Position numbers and translations under genes: made by a program. A DNA stretch of 64,000 bases from Patescibacteria group bacterium (GTDB lineage: Bacteria; Patescibacteriota; Patescibacteriia; Veblenbacterales; UBA10138), in contig JBAZQK010000006.1 in assembly GCA_041645215.1 (NCBI GenBank), forward strand, positions 12,116 through 76,115, written 5' to 3'. The notes below the pieces were generated by a model. It worked only from the letters and a program-made list of their open reading frames with translations. It ran no database searches and was not told the origin of the DNA. Shown in pieces: positions 55,422-64,000 of this stretch; the first letter of the stretch is position 1, and the number at the start of each line of letters is the position of its first letter.

Positions 55422-56462
55422 ATGGCTGGCCAAAAATCAATTATTAGGTTACAAGAGAGTAACATTAAGGACTATTTGAAGCTTAGGGCATCAGTGGTTC
55501 CTTTTGCTATTAAAAATATTAAAAAAATTGAACTGGTTGAACAATATAGCAATAGTAATTATTTGTTTAAACTCTTCATTTCTAAACCAAAATCGATTTA
55601 TTATTTAAAACAGGGTTGGATATACAATCGACGGAGCGAATTGCAAAATAAACCGTTTCCAGTTGACCCGACTAGGATCTTGGGTGAGGTTAAGTTGATA
55701 CGGTTATTATCCACAATCTGGGATAGAGATTGCGTACCCAGGGTGTATTTTTTAGATAGAAAAAATTATGCTTTTTTAATGTCTGACGTGTCCAAAACCG
55801 GCAAATTATTAATTGAGGAATTTAATCATAATCGCGTCCACCCGGAAATAGCTAAAAAGTTGGCAGTTTATTTAGCAAAATTACACACCTTGACCTGGAA
55901 AACAAAAACCACAGCTGGTTGCAGTCGCCGTTATACTAAATTCATGAAAGAATATTTATTTAAATATCATTGGGGCTATGGGGCTAACAAATTGCTGCCC
56001 TTTAATAATGTTAGTGAATTTTTTAGCGAAGTAGAGAATACTGCCAGCAGTATTATTTGGGCAGACCCTATTTATCGCAATATATTTGTTAAACCTGAAG
56101 GTAAGCTTGCTTTGGTAGATTTTGATTTTACTATTCGTTATGACCCTATGGCTGATGTGGCGATTTTATTGTCCCATTGGGTATGGATGTTACTCAAAGG
56201 AAATAAGGAAGTCAGCAAAGACTGCCATAAATTTATAAAAACGTTTAGCAGCTCATATTGGCCGGTTTGGATAAAAGTCCATAAAATCAGCAATCAGACT
56301 ATGCAACAAATGAAATTACGAACTGATAAATGGATAGGAATTTACCTGCTATCTCGGACAGATGGAAAGTCGGGTTCGTATTTTAAAAAATGGCCTAGTT
56401 GGGAAAAGCGTATTCGTCAGCTCGGTATAAAATTGTTCAATGGCGAAGCCTCAATTTTTTGA
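55422..56462 (+). CDS. Protein-kinase-like (APH/ChoK/MTR-kinase family) phosphotransferase
   Basis: Brenner-motif-like RNIFVKPEGKLALVDFDF followed by DPMADVAILLSHW. Confidence 0.45.
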   Translation: MAGQKSIIRLQESNIKDYLKLRASVVPFAIKNIKKIELVEQYSNSNYLFKLFISKPKSIYYLKQGWIYNRRSELQNKPFPVDPTRILGEVKLIRLLSTIWDRDCVPRVYFLDRKNYAFLMSDVSKTGKLLIEEFNHNRVHPEIAKKLAVYLAKLHTLTWKTKTTAGCSRRYTKFMKEYLFKYHWGYGANKLLPFNNVSEFFSEVENTASSIIWADPIYRNIFVKPEGKLALVDFDFTIRYDPMADVAILLSHWVWMLLKGNKEVSKDCHKFIKTFSSSYWPVWIKVHKISNQTMQQMKLRTDKWIGIYLLSRTDGKSGSYFKKWPSWEKRIRQLGIKLFNGEASIF

Positions 56463-56470
56463 TATAGAAA

Positions 56471-57133
56471 TTATCTAGTCTCGTCGGGCTGATTATCAGC
56501 AGTTACAAAATTTACAATATCATCAACTTTATCAAGTGAAAATTTCTTTAACCAGACAGGTGTCTGATCTTTTATTTCATTCGCAAAAGTCTTAAGCCAA
56601 GCTTCATCTTGCTGAACTAGGCCATAGTCGGATTTGTTTTGTAAGTCTGGTTGATTTTCATCCCAACCAACCAAAGCGATTGGTTTAGGCTTATCAGATG
56701 TTAAATTAAAAGCTAGAGTTGATAAAAGATGGGCCCGTGTGCCCTTGGTACCAGGGAAAAACAAAAAGGCTTTTGAGTTGGCCAAAAACAATCCCATGCG
56801 TAAGGCCCAAGCAGTATCCTTGACCTGTTGTTCAGTCGGATTGTCATTCTTAAGCAGCTCTTTGGTTATGTCGGCACAATTGACAGATTCAATGGCATTT
56901 TCATCAAACTGTGTGACCCGTCCGTCAGCTGTCATTTCATGAGGAGTTATTTTTATACCCGATTGTTCCAAAACTTTAACAAAGCCGCCATAGGCTCCCA
57001 CATTAGCCTGCCAGCCCTTATCTTTTAGCGCTTGACTAATAGCTAAGGCCGATTCTTTAAACGGCCCTTGCGGGTCGCGGTCGCCTTGAACAAAGATATG
57101 TTTTTCGTGATCGTTTTTGTATAGTTCTTGCAT
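56471..57133 (-). CDS. SLOG-fold (LOG/YpsA-like) Rossmannoid protein, paralog a
   Basis: QGDRDPQGPF...GAYGGFVKVLE...FFPGTKGTRAHL resembles the LOG PGGxGTxxE motif. Paralogous to 58859..59467. Confidence 0.4.
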   Translation of the reverse strand: MQELYKNDHEKHIFVQGDRDPQGPFKESALAISQALKDKGWQANVGAYGGFVKVLEQSGIKITPHEMTADGRVTQFDENAIESVNCADITKELLKNDNPTEQQVKDTAWALRMGLFLANSKAFLFFPGTKGTRAHLLSTLAFNLTSDKPKPIALVGWDENQPDLQNKSDYGLVQQDEAWLKTFANEIKDQTPVWLKKFSLDKVDDIVNFVTADNQPDETR

Positions 57134-57194
57134 AATTATTAGGTTAATAATACTCTTTAAGTATAGTAAAACTTAACTAATTGTCAATTTTGTT

Positions 57195-57962
57195 ATGAAT
57201 ATAAGAAATCAAGAATTAATTGACAGGTTAGGCAAATTTCCTAATCTTTACACCCTAGTTCCGGTAATGACTACTTATGGATTGATTCCGGCGGATTTTT
57301 CCCGTGGCGTGGTAGGCGACCCGACAATTCTGCGTTTAATGGCTGAAGAATTTAATCAGCTGATTGATTTTAATAATATAGATATTATTGCCGGCATTGA
57401 TTTGTCTGGTGTGACTATGGCTTGCGCTTTGTCGCTGGTAACTAATAAACCCCTAATTATTGTTCGTGAAGCCAGCAAACGCCCAGGGCGTCCCAGTATA
57501 GTTGGCGATGTTAATTTTATTAAACCGGGAGTCAGGGTTTTATTGGTTGATGATTCCATGGCAGCGGCTAAAACTAAACAAGAACGAGTGGAAAAATTAG
57601 CCGCAGTTGGCGCTAGAGTAACTGACTTAGCGGTTTTTATTTATGGCCAGTATCAAATTGACCGCTACCAAGATAAATTTCAAGATGTATTTAAGATACA
57701 AAAATGGTTTGACAATAGCGGTATTAAACTGCATTATTTGTTGACTTGGAAAGAGCTGGCTGATTTACAATATAAGTATGGCACTATCAATAAAGAATTT
57801 AACGAGGTGGTACGGGAGGCCTTACACTGGGACGCGTGGTTGGATAATGACGAGGGTTATTTAGCTAAATTCGTAAATTGTTTTCGGATTCATAACGTAC
57901 CCTTGCCTGATTATGTAATTGAGTTTTATAAACAAAAAGGGATTGATATAAATAATTTATGA
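57195..57962 (+). CDS. Type I phosphoribosyltransferase, OPRT(PyrE)-like, paralog 1
   Basis: GIDLSGVTMACALS...KPLIIVREASK...VRVLLVDDSMAAAKT is the PRPP-binding motif. The C-terminal ~90-aa extension is shared with the paralogs. Confidence 0.65.
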   Translation: MNIRNQELIDRLGKFPNLYTLVPVMTTYGLIPADFSRGVVGDPTILRLMAEEFNQLIDFNNIDIIAGIDLSGVTMACALSLVTNKPLIIVREASKRPGRPSIVGDVNFIKPGVRVLLVDDSMAAAKTKQERVEKLAAVGARVTDLAVFIYGQYQIDRYQDKFQDVFKIQKWFDNSGIKLHYLLTWKELADLQYKYGTINKEFNEVVREALHWDAWLDNDEGYLAKFVNCFRIHNVPLPDYVIEFYKQKGIDINNL

Positions 57963-58026
57963 CAAGTATGTGGTACGAGGCCTAAAATTGTTCAAAGAAG
58001 AAACTTCAGTTTTTTGATATAAAAAT

Positions 58027-58812
58027 ATGTTAGATTACTTAGAAGCTGATATAGCTGGCAAAAAACGAATTTGCCAAACATTGATAGACGTCAAGGCGTT
58101 AATTTTTGGTAAAATTATTCCTTCCATAAATGTTTCGCCGTTCTATGTGGAAACACGATGGTTATTCTCTAACCCAAAAACTTTGCGTATTATAACTGAA
58201 GAAATGGCTAAGATAATTAAGCAATTAGATGTTGACTTAATCGCTGGTTGTGAGTTTGCCGGTGTACCCATTGCTTCTGCACTATCGCTCGAAACCAATT
58301 TGTCAGCAGTTTATTTGCGTAAAAAACCCAAAGAATATGGCAGTAAAAGCGCGATTGTAGGTAAGGTAAGTGGTAGCCAAGCAATTCTAATTGATGACGC
58401 CTCTGGCAGGGGAATAGGTAAAGAACAATTTGCTAAATATTTGGAAGAGGCGGAAGTAAGGGTAACCGATATGCTGGTAATTTATTGGACCGGCCATCCG
58501 CTGGTGCCTTGGTATGCTGAAAATAATGTTAAACACCATCAGTTAATTGAGTTTGAAGATTTTGCCCATTATGCTTATAAGGTTGGTTATATATCACAAA
58601 CGCTGCATGATATGATATGGGATTGGTGGAAAGATTATAATATAGAAAAACGGTCTTTTGATTGGAAACGCTGGGATATGGTTTTTACTCAGGCTAAAAA
58701 AGAAGGTTTTGAAATATTTAATGAGAGTCAATCATATGAAGATATGGTGGCGGACGCCAAAAGACTGGGTAAATGGATAGAACCGCCAGCAGGAAAATAT
58801 GAATATATATAA
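58027..58812 (+). CDS. OPRT-like phosphoribosyltransferase, paralog 2
   Basis: GCEFAGVPIASALS...VYLRKKPKEYG...AILIDDASGRGIGK. Confidence 0.6.
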   Translation: MLDYLEADIAGKKRICQTLIDVKALIFGKIIPSINVSPFYVETRWLFSNPKTLRIITEEMAKIIKQLDVDLIAGCEFAGVPIASALSLETNLSAVYLRKKPKEYGSKSAIVGKVSGSQAILIDDASGRGIGKEQFAKYLEEAEVRVTDMLVIYWTGHPLVPWYAENNVKHHQLIEFEDFAHYAYKVGYISQTLHDMIWDWWKDYNIEKRSFDWKRWDMVFTQAKKEGFEIFNESQSYEDMVADAKRLGKWIEPPAGKYEYI

Positions 58813-58858
58813 ATTCAAGCCCTCCAGAAAAAGGAGGGCTTGTGTTAATTGTTTTTTG

Positions 58859-59467
58859 TTACGAAATTAGAAAGTTTATAGCATCATCAACTTGATGTAG
58901 ACCAAAAAATTGGAACCAGGTTGTGTCTTTGTGAAGGCCATATAATTTCATTATTAACGCTACAGTCTCAATCTCCCAACCAAGTAATGCTATATTGCGG
59001 AAGTTACCTTCCTTACCCCAACCTTTTACGTTATAGGTCAGAATCGGAATCAAATGCGCCAAGGTACCTTCCCTACCGGCAAAAAAACAATATGATTTTG
59101 ACAATGATGCCCAAATAGCTAGACGATTTGACCAGCTGGTCATTTTTTTACATTTTTCAAAGACTCCACCGCCTAACGTGGTTATTACTGCATCCGCAGT
59201 TGGTCCAAAATTAATATATGGCGAGGTTTTAAATTTTACATCACCATGGTCCTTAATTTCAGTCTCATGACAAATACAGGCTACGCCGGTATCTTCCAGT
59301 ACTTTTACAAAACCGCCGTAGGCACCAAGCGATACGCCCCAGCCCTCTTTGTTGAGTAAATTACCTAGTTTGGTTGCTGCTTCTTTTGCTGGACCTTCAG
59401 GGTCTCTATCTCCTTGAAGAAAAACCAAGGGAATTTCATAAATCTGTTGATCAATTAGATTAGCCAA
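58859..59467 (-). CDS. SLOG-fold (LOG/YpsA-like) protein, paralog b
   Basis: QGDRDPEGPA...GAYGGFVKVLE...FFAGREGTLAHL. Confidence 0.4.
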   Translation of the reverse strand: MANLIDQQIYEIPLVFLQGDRDPEGPAKEAATKLGNLLNKEGWGVSLGAYGGFVKVLEDTGVACICHETEIKDHGDVKFKTSPYINFGPTADAVITTLGGGVFEKCKKMTSWSNRLAIWASLSKSYCFFAGREGTLAHLIPILTYNVKGWGKEGNFRNIALLGWEIETVALIMKLYGLHKDTTWFQFFGLHQVDDAINFLIS

Positions 59468-59582
59468 TTTTTAACCTCCGTTGTTTGTTGATATTTGTTT
59501 GTGTTTAGTGCGGGAATTTATTTTTTTTTAACAATGTAGTATAATTCATTTATTGATTCTTGTCAATAACTTATGGCAACTT

Positions 59583-60260
59583 ATGGCAAATGAAGCAATT
59601 CTTAAAGCGCTAGAAGGTGTTACGCATATCTTGGGGCCGATTACAAGAAAAGATGGCATGATCTTACCTTTGCTTATTGATACTGTGCCGCTTATGTTTC
59701 AACCAGCATCATTTAAGTTATTGATTGAAGAGTTGAGTAAAGAAGTTAAACAAATGGATATAGAAGTGGTAGCGGGAGGAGTAACAATAGGTGTGCCATT
59801 AGCGGCCGGAGTAGCTTTAACAGTGGGTAAAAAATTTGCTGTGGTTCGTAAAGAACCAAAAGGCTACAGCCAAAAGCGAGTAGTTGACGGTAGCATAGAG
59901 CAACTAGACAGAGTAGTTTTACTTGATGATTTTTATGTCAACGGAGAAATGAAAGAATTATTTATATCCCATCTGGCTGGTGTTGGCGGTGCAGTGACTG
60001 ATATTTTGTCGGTTGGCCTCTTGAGTGAAAAGTTACTACGTGATTGGCTATTAAAATTTCCTAATATCCGGGTTCATTATCTGGCTACTTACGTAGATAT
60101 GAGCCGGAGATTAATGAATCGGGGAATAATAAGTCCTAAATTAAACGAAGTGGTAGAGTATTTTGTAACAGATCCATATAATTGGCAGAAAAATAAGGAA
60201 ATATGGAATATGTTTAATAGCCTTCTTCCAACCGAACCATTATCAAAAACATGCTTATGA
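59583..60260 (+). CDS. OPRT-like phosphoribosyltransferase, paralog 3
   Basis: GGVTIGVPLAAGVA...AVVRKEPKGYS...VVLLDDFYVNGEMK. Start taken at M11 of the tracked ORF by alignment with paralog 4. Confidence 0.6.
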   Translation: MANEAILKALEGVTHILGPITRKDGMILPLLIDTVPLMFQPASFKLLIEELSKEVKQMDIEVVAGGVTIGVPLAAGVALTVGKKFAVVRKEPKGYSQKRVVDGSIEQLDRVVLLDDFYVNGEMKELFISHLAGVGGAVTDILSVGLLSEKLLRDWLLKFPNIRVHYLATYVDMSRRLMNRGIISPKLNEVVEYFVTDPYNWQKNKEIWNMFNSLLPTEPLSKTCL

Positions 60261-60949
60261 TTAACCAAGCAAACAAGCTAGCGCTTTTAGAGGCCTATCA
60301 AAATGTGCGCGAATATTTTAAAGGTCCAATTTATCGCGGCGATGGGGCGGTTGTGCCTTTTACCATAGATTCTCGGCCTTTGCAATGGCAGCCCAAATCA
60401 GCCAAGTTAATAGTTAAATTATTGGCGCACGAGGCCAGTAAGTTCAAACCACAGGCCATTGCCGGCGGGTTAACCGGCGGAGCCTTATGGGGAGTACAAG
60501 TAGCTAATAAGTTAAATTTGCCTTTTATATTGGTACGCAAGCAACCGCGTGGCCGCAGTATTGACCGCGGGTTAATTGAAGGTGAATTAGTTAAGGGTCG
60601 CCGCGTGGTCGTAATTGATGATTCCTTAATTTCCGGAGAAACAGCCAGTAAATTTGCGCAAACTATTAAAAAAGCAAAATTTACCATTATTGGTTGTGTA
60701 GTTATACAGATTATGAATTTGGGCTATATAAAAAAATGGGAAGGGATAAATAAAATTCCGGTAAAATATCTGCTCAGTTACAAGGAACAGGCTGACAATT
60801 TTTATAAACGAGGATTGATTGATAAAGAGCTAAGATATTTATTGTATAAATTCATTGCTAAACCCTATACTTGGCATAAAAATAAATCGGATTATAAAAT
60901 TTTTGAGCGTCGCCTGGCTAAACAAAAAGTTTGGCGAGTAGTGAAATAA
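60251..60949 (+). CDS. OPRT-like phosphoribosyltransferase, paralog 4
   Basis: GGLTGGALWGVQVA...ILVRKQPRGRS...VVVIDDSLISGETA. Confidence 0.6.
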   Translation: MLMINQANKLALLEAYQNVREYFKGPIYRGDGAVVPFTIDSRPLQWQPKSAKLIVKLLAHEASKFKPQAIAGGLTGGALWGVQVANKLNLPFILVRKQPRGRSIDRGLIEGELVKGRRVVVIDDSLISGETASKFAQTIKKAKFTIIGCVVIQIMNLGYIKKWEGINKIPVKYLLSYKEQADNFYKRGLIDKELRYLLYKFIAKPYTWHKNKSDYKIFERRLAKQKVWRVVK

Positions 60950-60975
60950 TTTATCAATTCTGCTAATATAGATAT

Positions 60976-61605
60976 ATGCCATCACAAATTGGAACAGTTC
61001 CGGGAACAGTTATTCGCGAAGGCGGGGTTGAGAATAAATCCGGTCTGGTGTCGGTGCGGCCGGGGGTGGCTACCGGTGAAGTTGAATTTGAAACTAACGG
61101 CTTGGTAGTGTCTATTTCCGGCGGGGGGAGCTTACCGCAAGGCCATCCGATTTGCTATGAAGTAGAAAAGTTAGCCCTTGGGATAGCCTCCCGGGGCGGG
61201 GTGCTGGTTAACGGCGGCGAGAATAACGGCACGATGTTGGCTGTTACCAGCGTCGCCCGCGAGTATACTTTGGGTATTCATTGTCCATATCACCAAGAAA
61301 TTCCCTTTGGAACTATGGCGGTAGTGAATTCTTACCAAACCCGTAAAATGCTTATTTCGATTATGCCTTATGTTGTAGTATTCCCCGGACAAGTCGGCAC
61401 GATGGATGAACTTATGACCTGCATTGGCTGGATTAAATCATTATTCAAGCAAAATGGCGTGCCGCCGCAGTTATTTGTGCACACTTACTGGTGGGACGTA
61501 ATAGATTTGTTGAATAAAAAAGGCGCTATTCAGGATAATGTTTGGCAGCATATCAAACAATTTAACGAAGTAGATGAAATCCTCAAACAAATCCAAACTA
61601 CTTAA
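60976..61605 (+). CDS. LOG-family protein (cytokinin riboside 5'-monophosphate phosphoribohydrolase-like)
   Basis: VNGGENNGTMLAV (GGGxxGhM-like) and VVFPGQVGTMDEL (PGGxGTxxE). Confidence 0.6.
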   Translation: MPSQIGTVPGTVIREGGVENKSGLVSVRPGVATGEVEFETNGLVVSISGGGSLPQGHPICYEVEKLALGIASRGGVLVNGGENNGTMLAVTSVAREYTLGIHCPYHQEIPFGTMAVVNSYQTRKMLISIMPYVVVFPGQVGTMDELMTCIGWIKSLFKQNGVPPQLFVHTYWWDVIDLLNKKGAIQDNVWQHIKQFNEVDEILKQIQTT

Positions 61606-62281
61606 ACTAATAGCTTTGCATCCGCAAATTATAAATTGGGGGCCAACTTTGCATTCCCAAGGTTTTTTAGTACCATATTATTTTAATTTTCGCTCAGCTG
61701 GCGCTTTGCCGAAATTACGTAAGGCTTTGGTGGCGGAATTGATAAATGAAATAAAAAAATACAAAATAGATGTAATTGCCGGCGTTGAATCAGCCGGTAT
61801 GGGTTGGGCTGCTATAGTGGCGGATAGATTAAATAAACCGTATGTTTATGTACGTAAAGAAAGAAAAAAATTTTTAAACCGACGCATAGTGGAGGGTTGC
61901 TTTAAGCCGGGTGCTAGAGCCGTACTGATTGATGATACTATTTTGCTGGGTAAAACTATAAGAAGTATGGCCATGGGCGCTAAGCGCGATAAATTGCAAA
62001 TTACTAATATTTTGCTGCTTTATACAGCCCAACCGTCAGTCGCAATCTATACTACATTGTCGCGCTGGCTCAACAAACAACATATAGCTATAAAAGCTTT
62101 ACTGAGTAAAATTGAACTAAGCGATTTATTTATCAAACAAGGCACATTGATTCCTGAGATCGTAGAGCTTAATAATATGTACATGATAAATCCCTATGGT
62201 TGGCATAAATTGCGTCGCGCGCAAAAATTGCTACTAATTTTACGCAAACATAAACGTAAATTTAGGCCTGCCGGATTATAA
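61574..62281 (+). CDS. OPRT-like phosphoribosyltransferase, paralog 5
   Basis: GVESAGMGWAAIVA...YVYVRKERKKF...AVLIDDTILLGKT. The 5' end overlaps the LOG gene by ~30 nt, so the start is uncertain. Confidence 0.55.
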   Translation: MKSSNKSKLLKLIALHPQIINWGPTLHSQGFLVPYYFNFRSAGALPKLRKALVAELINEIKKYKIDVIAGVESAGMGWAAIVADRLNKPYVYVRKERKKFLNRRIVEGCFKPGARAVLIDDTILLGKTIRSMAMGAKRDKLQITNILLLYTAQPSVAIYTTLSRWLNKQHIAIKALLSKIELSDLFIKQGTLIPEIVELNNMYMINPYGWHKLRRAQKLLLILRKHKRKFRPAGL

Positions 62282-62338
62282 TAAAAAGTCAGATGCCTAT
62301 ATAAGCCTTCTGACTTTTTGAACGTTTTGCTTAATTTT

Positions 62339-62647
62339 TTACCATTCGTTATATCTGGGCAATTCGTCGATTATCCAGTTTCTGTTTTTACCGACCTTAA
62401 CCAGAACATACTGAAAAATCATACTAACGATAAACAGCAACACGCCCAGGACAACCAAGTTGCTAATTACTGATTTTAACAGTAAAAAAATTATCAGTAC
62501 TAATCCGCCCAGAAATAACGAAAAAAGTATATATTTTAAAGGATGCGGATGTTTTATTTTTTTTTCATCTTCAGCTAAACAAGTTAAACCCCGAAGAATA
62601 GGTATGCACATACCTATAAAGGCTATTAACAGGTGTTCAATTCTCAT
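62339..62647 (-). CDS. Small membrane protein (3 TM)
   Basis: Hydrophobic helices. Confidence 0.3.
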   Translation of the reverse strand: MRIEHLLIAFIGMCIPILRGLTCLAEDEKKIKHPHPLKYILFSLFLGGLVLIIFLLLKSVISNLVVLGVLLFIVSMIFQYVLVKVGKNRNWIIDELPRYNEW

Positions 62648-62819
62648 TTTAATCCTCCAACGATGTTTGTTTTATGGACTAAAGTTTAGCGCTGCTGTAT
62701 ATTATGTCAAGTGGCAATGGATGTCGGTAGAAAAATTCCAATTGGCGCCGTTGGCGCCCGTTGAACTTACAGAATTGTTTTCACAGCTTGATAGAGGGTA
62801 TAATAAAAGAGTTAATTAT

Positions 62820-62945
62820 TATGTAATTAATTATTTACCCACGCACCAGTCCCGCTTAACGGGACGGTGCAGGGTTTCGCTCCACGAAACCATGTACCCC
62901 AAGACGCCATGGCCGTGAGGCCCGCCTGCCTAAGCCTATACCCAA
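62820..62945. repeat. GC-rich intergenic module sharing segments with 2523-2575 and 17100-17125
   Basis: ACCCACGCACCAGTCC is shared with 2523-2538. GCCCGCCTGCCTAAGCCTATACC is shared with 17105-17127. Local hairpins: GTCCCG-cttaa-CGGGAC and GGTTTCG-ctcca-CGAAACC. Confidence 0.5.
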
Positions 62946-63052
62946 TAAGCCTGTGCTACCGAACAGCAATTCGCACTTTATTTTAAGATTCGCTGATTGC
63001 AAGAGGCCGATGGCGGGCAGGTCGTGGAGCTTCACTTCATTACTCACCTAAT

Positions 63053-63328
63053 ATGAGTCAAAAAACTTTACGTTTGGAAATATTGGAAAAGGTGTCGCAA
63101 TTGGCCACGGCCGGGTTTGGTTTGGTGGCGGCCTTGGCCTGGAACGACGCCATTCAGACGCTGTTTAAAGAGCTGTTTGGCGCGCAGTCCGCTGTCTGGG
63201 CCAAATTTGCTTATGCTCTGCTTATTACCGCCTTAGTAGTCATAATAACGTATAAACTGGGTAATATTATTAACAAACTTAAAGAGCAGTTGTCCGCTAA
63301 AGATGATTCTTCGGATAAACAAGGCTAA
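63053..63328 (+). CDS. Small membrane protein
   Basis: Two TM helices plus a C-terminal acidic/K-rich tail. Confidence 0.35.
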   Translation: MSQKTLRLEILEKVSQLATAGFGLVAALAWNDAIQTLFKELFGAQSAVWAKFAYALLITALVVIITYKLGNIINKLKEQLSAKDDSSDKQG

Positions 63329-63396
63329 TCAAATTTTTAATTTATTGGTATTTATAAAACCTTGGCTGGTGGCGCGGTTAATTAGCCATTATATTA

Positions 63397-64000
63397 ATGA
63401 AGCAATATAAAATAGCTGAACCGATAAACAATGCCGCGATAGCGGCTTTTGCCGAACTTGAGCCGGTGATTTTGCAGCTGCTGTGGAATCGCGGTTTGCG
63501 AACCCAATCCGACATTGACGCTTACTTGCACCCCGAATGGTCGCGGGATGTTCATAGTCCGTATCTTTTTCAGGATATGAATTTGGCCGTGGAAAGAATT
63601 TATGAAAGTTTAGGCCGGGGTGACACTATTGGCGTATTTGGCGATTATGATGCCGACGGCGTATCGGCCGCGGTTATTATTACCTCAACGCTTGATAAAT
63701 TGGGAGCTAAAACGCGAATTTATCTGCCACATCGCGAACGCGAAGGGTATGGTTTAAATAAAAATGCCCTTACCTATCTACAACAGCAAGGTGCGTCGTT
63801 GATAATTACTTGCGATTGCGGCATATCCAATATTGAACAGATTGAGTTTGCTAACAGTCTTGGCTTGGACGTAATAGTTACTGACCATCATCAGGCGCCG
63901 GATAAACTGCCGCCGGCTTATGCCATTATTCACTGCGGGTTAACACAAGAAACTTATCCGTTCAAATTTCTTTCCGGCGGCGGCGTGGCGTTTAAATTAA
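63397..64000 (+). CDS. recJ: Single-stranded-DNA-specific exonuclease RecJ (5' partial in window)
   Basis: DHH motifs ...IGVFGDYDADGVSAAVI... and ...VIVTDHHQ. Runs off the window end. Confidence 0.75.
   Translation, partial: MKQYKIAEPINNAAIAAFAELEPVILQLLWNRGLRTQSDIDAYLHPEWSRDVHSPYLFQDMNLAVERIYESLGRGDTIGVFGDYDADGVSAAVIITSTLDKLGAKTRIYLPHREREGYGLNKNALTYLQQQGASLIITCDCGISNIEQIEFANSLGLDVIVTDHHQAPDKLPPAYAIIHCGLTQETYPFKFLSGGGVAFKL

Noticed and set aside
60976-61605. Lysine decarboxylase annotation for the LOG-family gene
   Set aside because: This is a historical misannotation of the LOG family. The motifs indicate nucleotide phosphoribohydrolase-type chemistry, so I called it LOG-family only.

Overview
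This 64-kb window is AT-rich and gene-dense. It looks like an uncultivated small-genome bacterium; taxonomy cannot be settled from this window. Housekeeping content runs from mnmA and alaS (the latter lacks a C-Ala domain) into an infA-rpmJ-rpsM-rpsK-rpsD-rpoA-rplQ-rplM-rpsI block. That block is invaded by tandem ~140-bp hairpin MITE-like repeats, and RpoA there lacks the alpha-CTD. Downstream lie a surface-polysaccharide locus (Wzx, GT4 and GT2 transferases, Wzy-like), then mreB, holB, frr and rseP. Further on are sodA and a suf operon (sufCB / sufD-S-U), and the window ends in a partial recJ. Three accessory regions stand out. (1) At 29.4-46.9 kb, seven tandem paralogs (~480-510 aa) each end in a PEP-utilizing-enzyme swivel phosphohistidine domain but lack the ATP-grasp nucleotide-binding domain. 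That domain is encoded once, as a stand-alone gene at the end of the array. Interspersed are two atypical HAD-like phosphatases, a histidine-phosphatase-like gene, a ParB/Srx-like gene and a YerC/TrpR-like regulator bracketed by two copies of a perfect CTAG-centred palindrome. I interpret this as a possibly undescribed split, RPH/PEP-synthase-like phosphotransferase battery. (2) At 54.4-62.3 kb, five OPRT-like phosphoribosyltransferase paralogs are interleaved with three LOG/SLOG-fold proteins, next to a PfkB kinase and an APH-like kinase. (3) Several repeat families are present: two MITE-like families, one fused into a coding 3' end; heptanucleotide microsatellites inside mnmA and alaS; GC-rich intergenic modules; and candidate structured RNAs. 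There is also an adhesin-like tandem-repeat protein co-transcribed with a T9SS C-terminal-sorting-domain protein. I recognised no rRNA, tRNA or CRISPR array.
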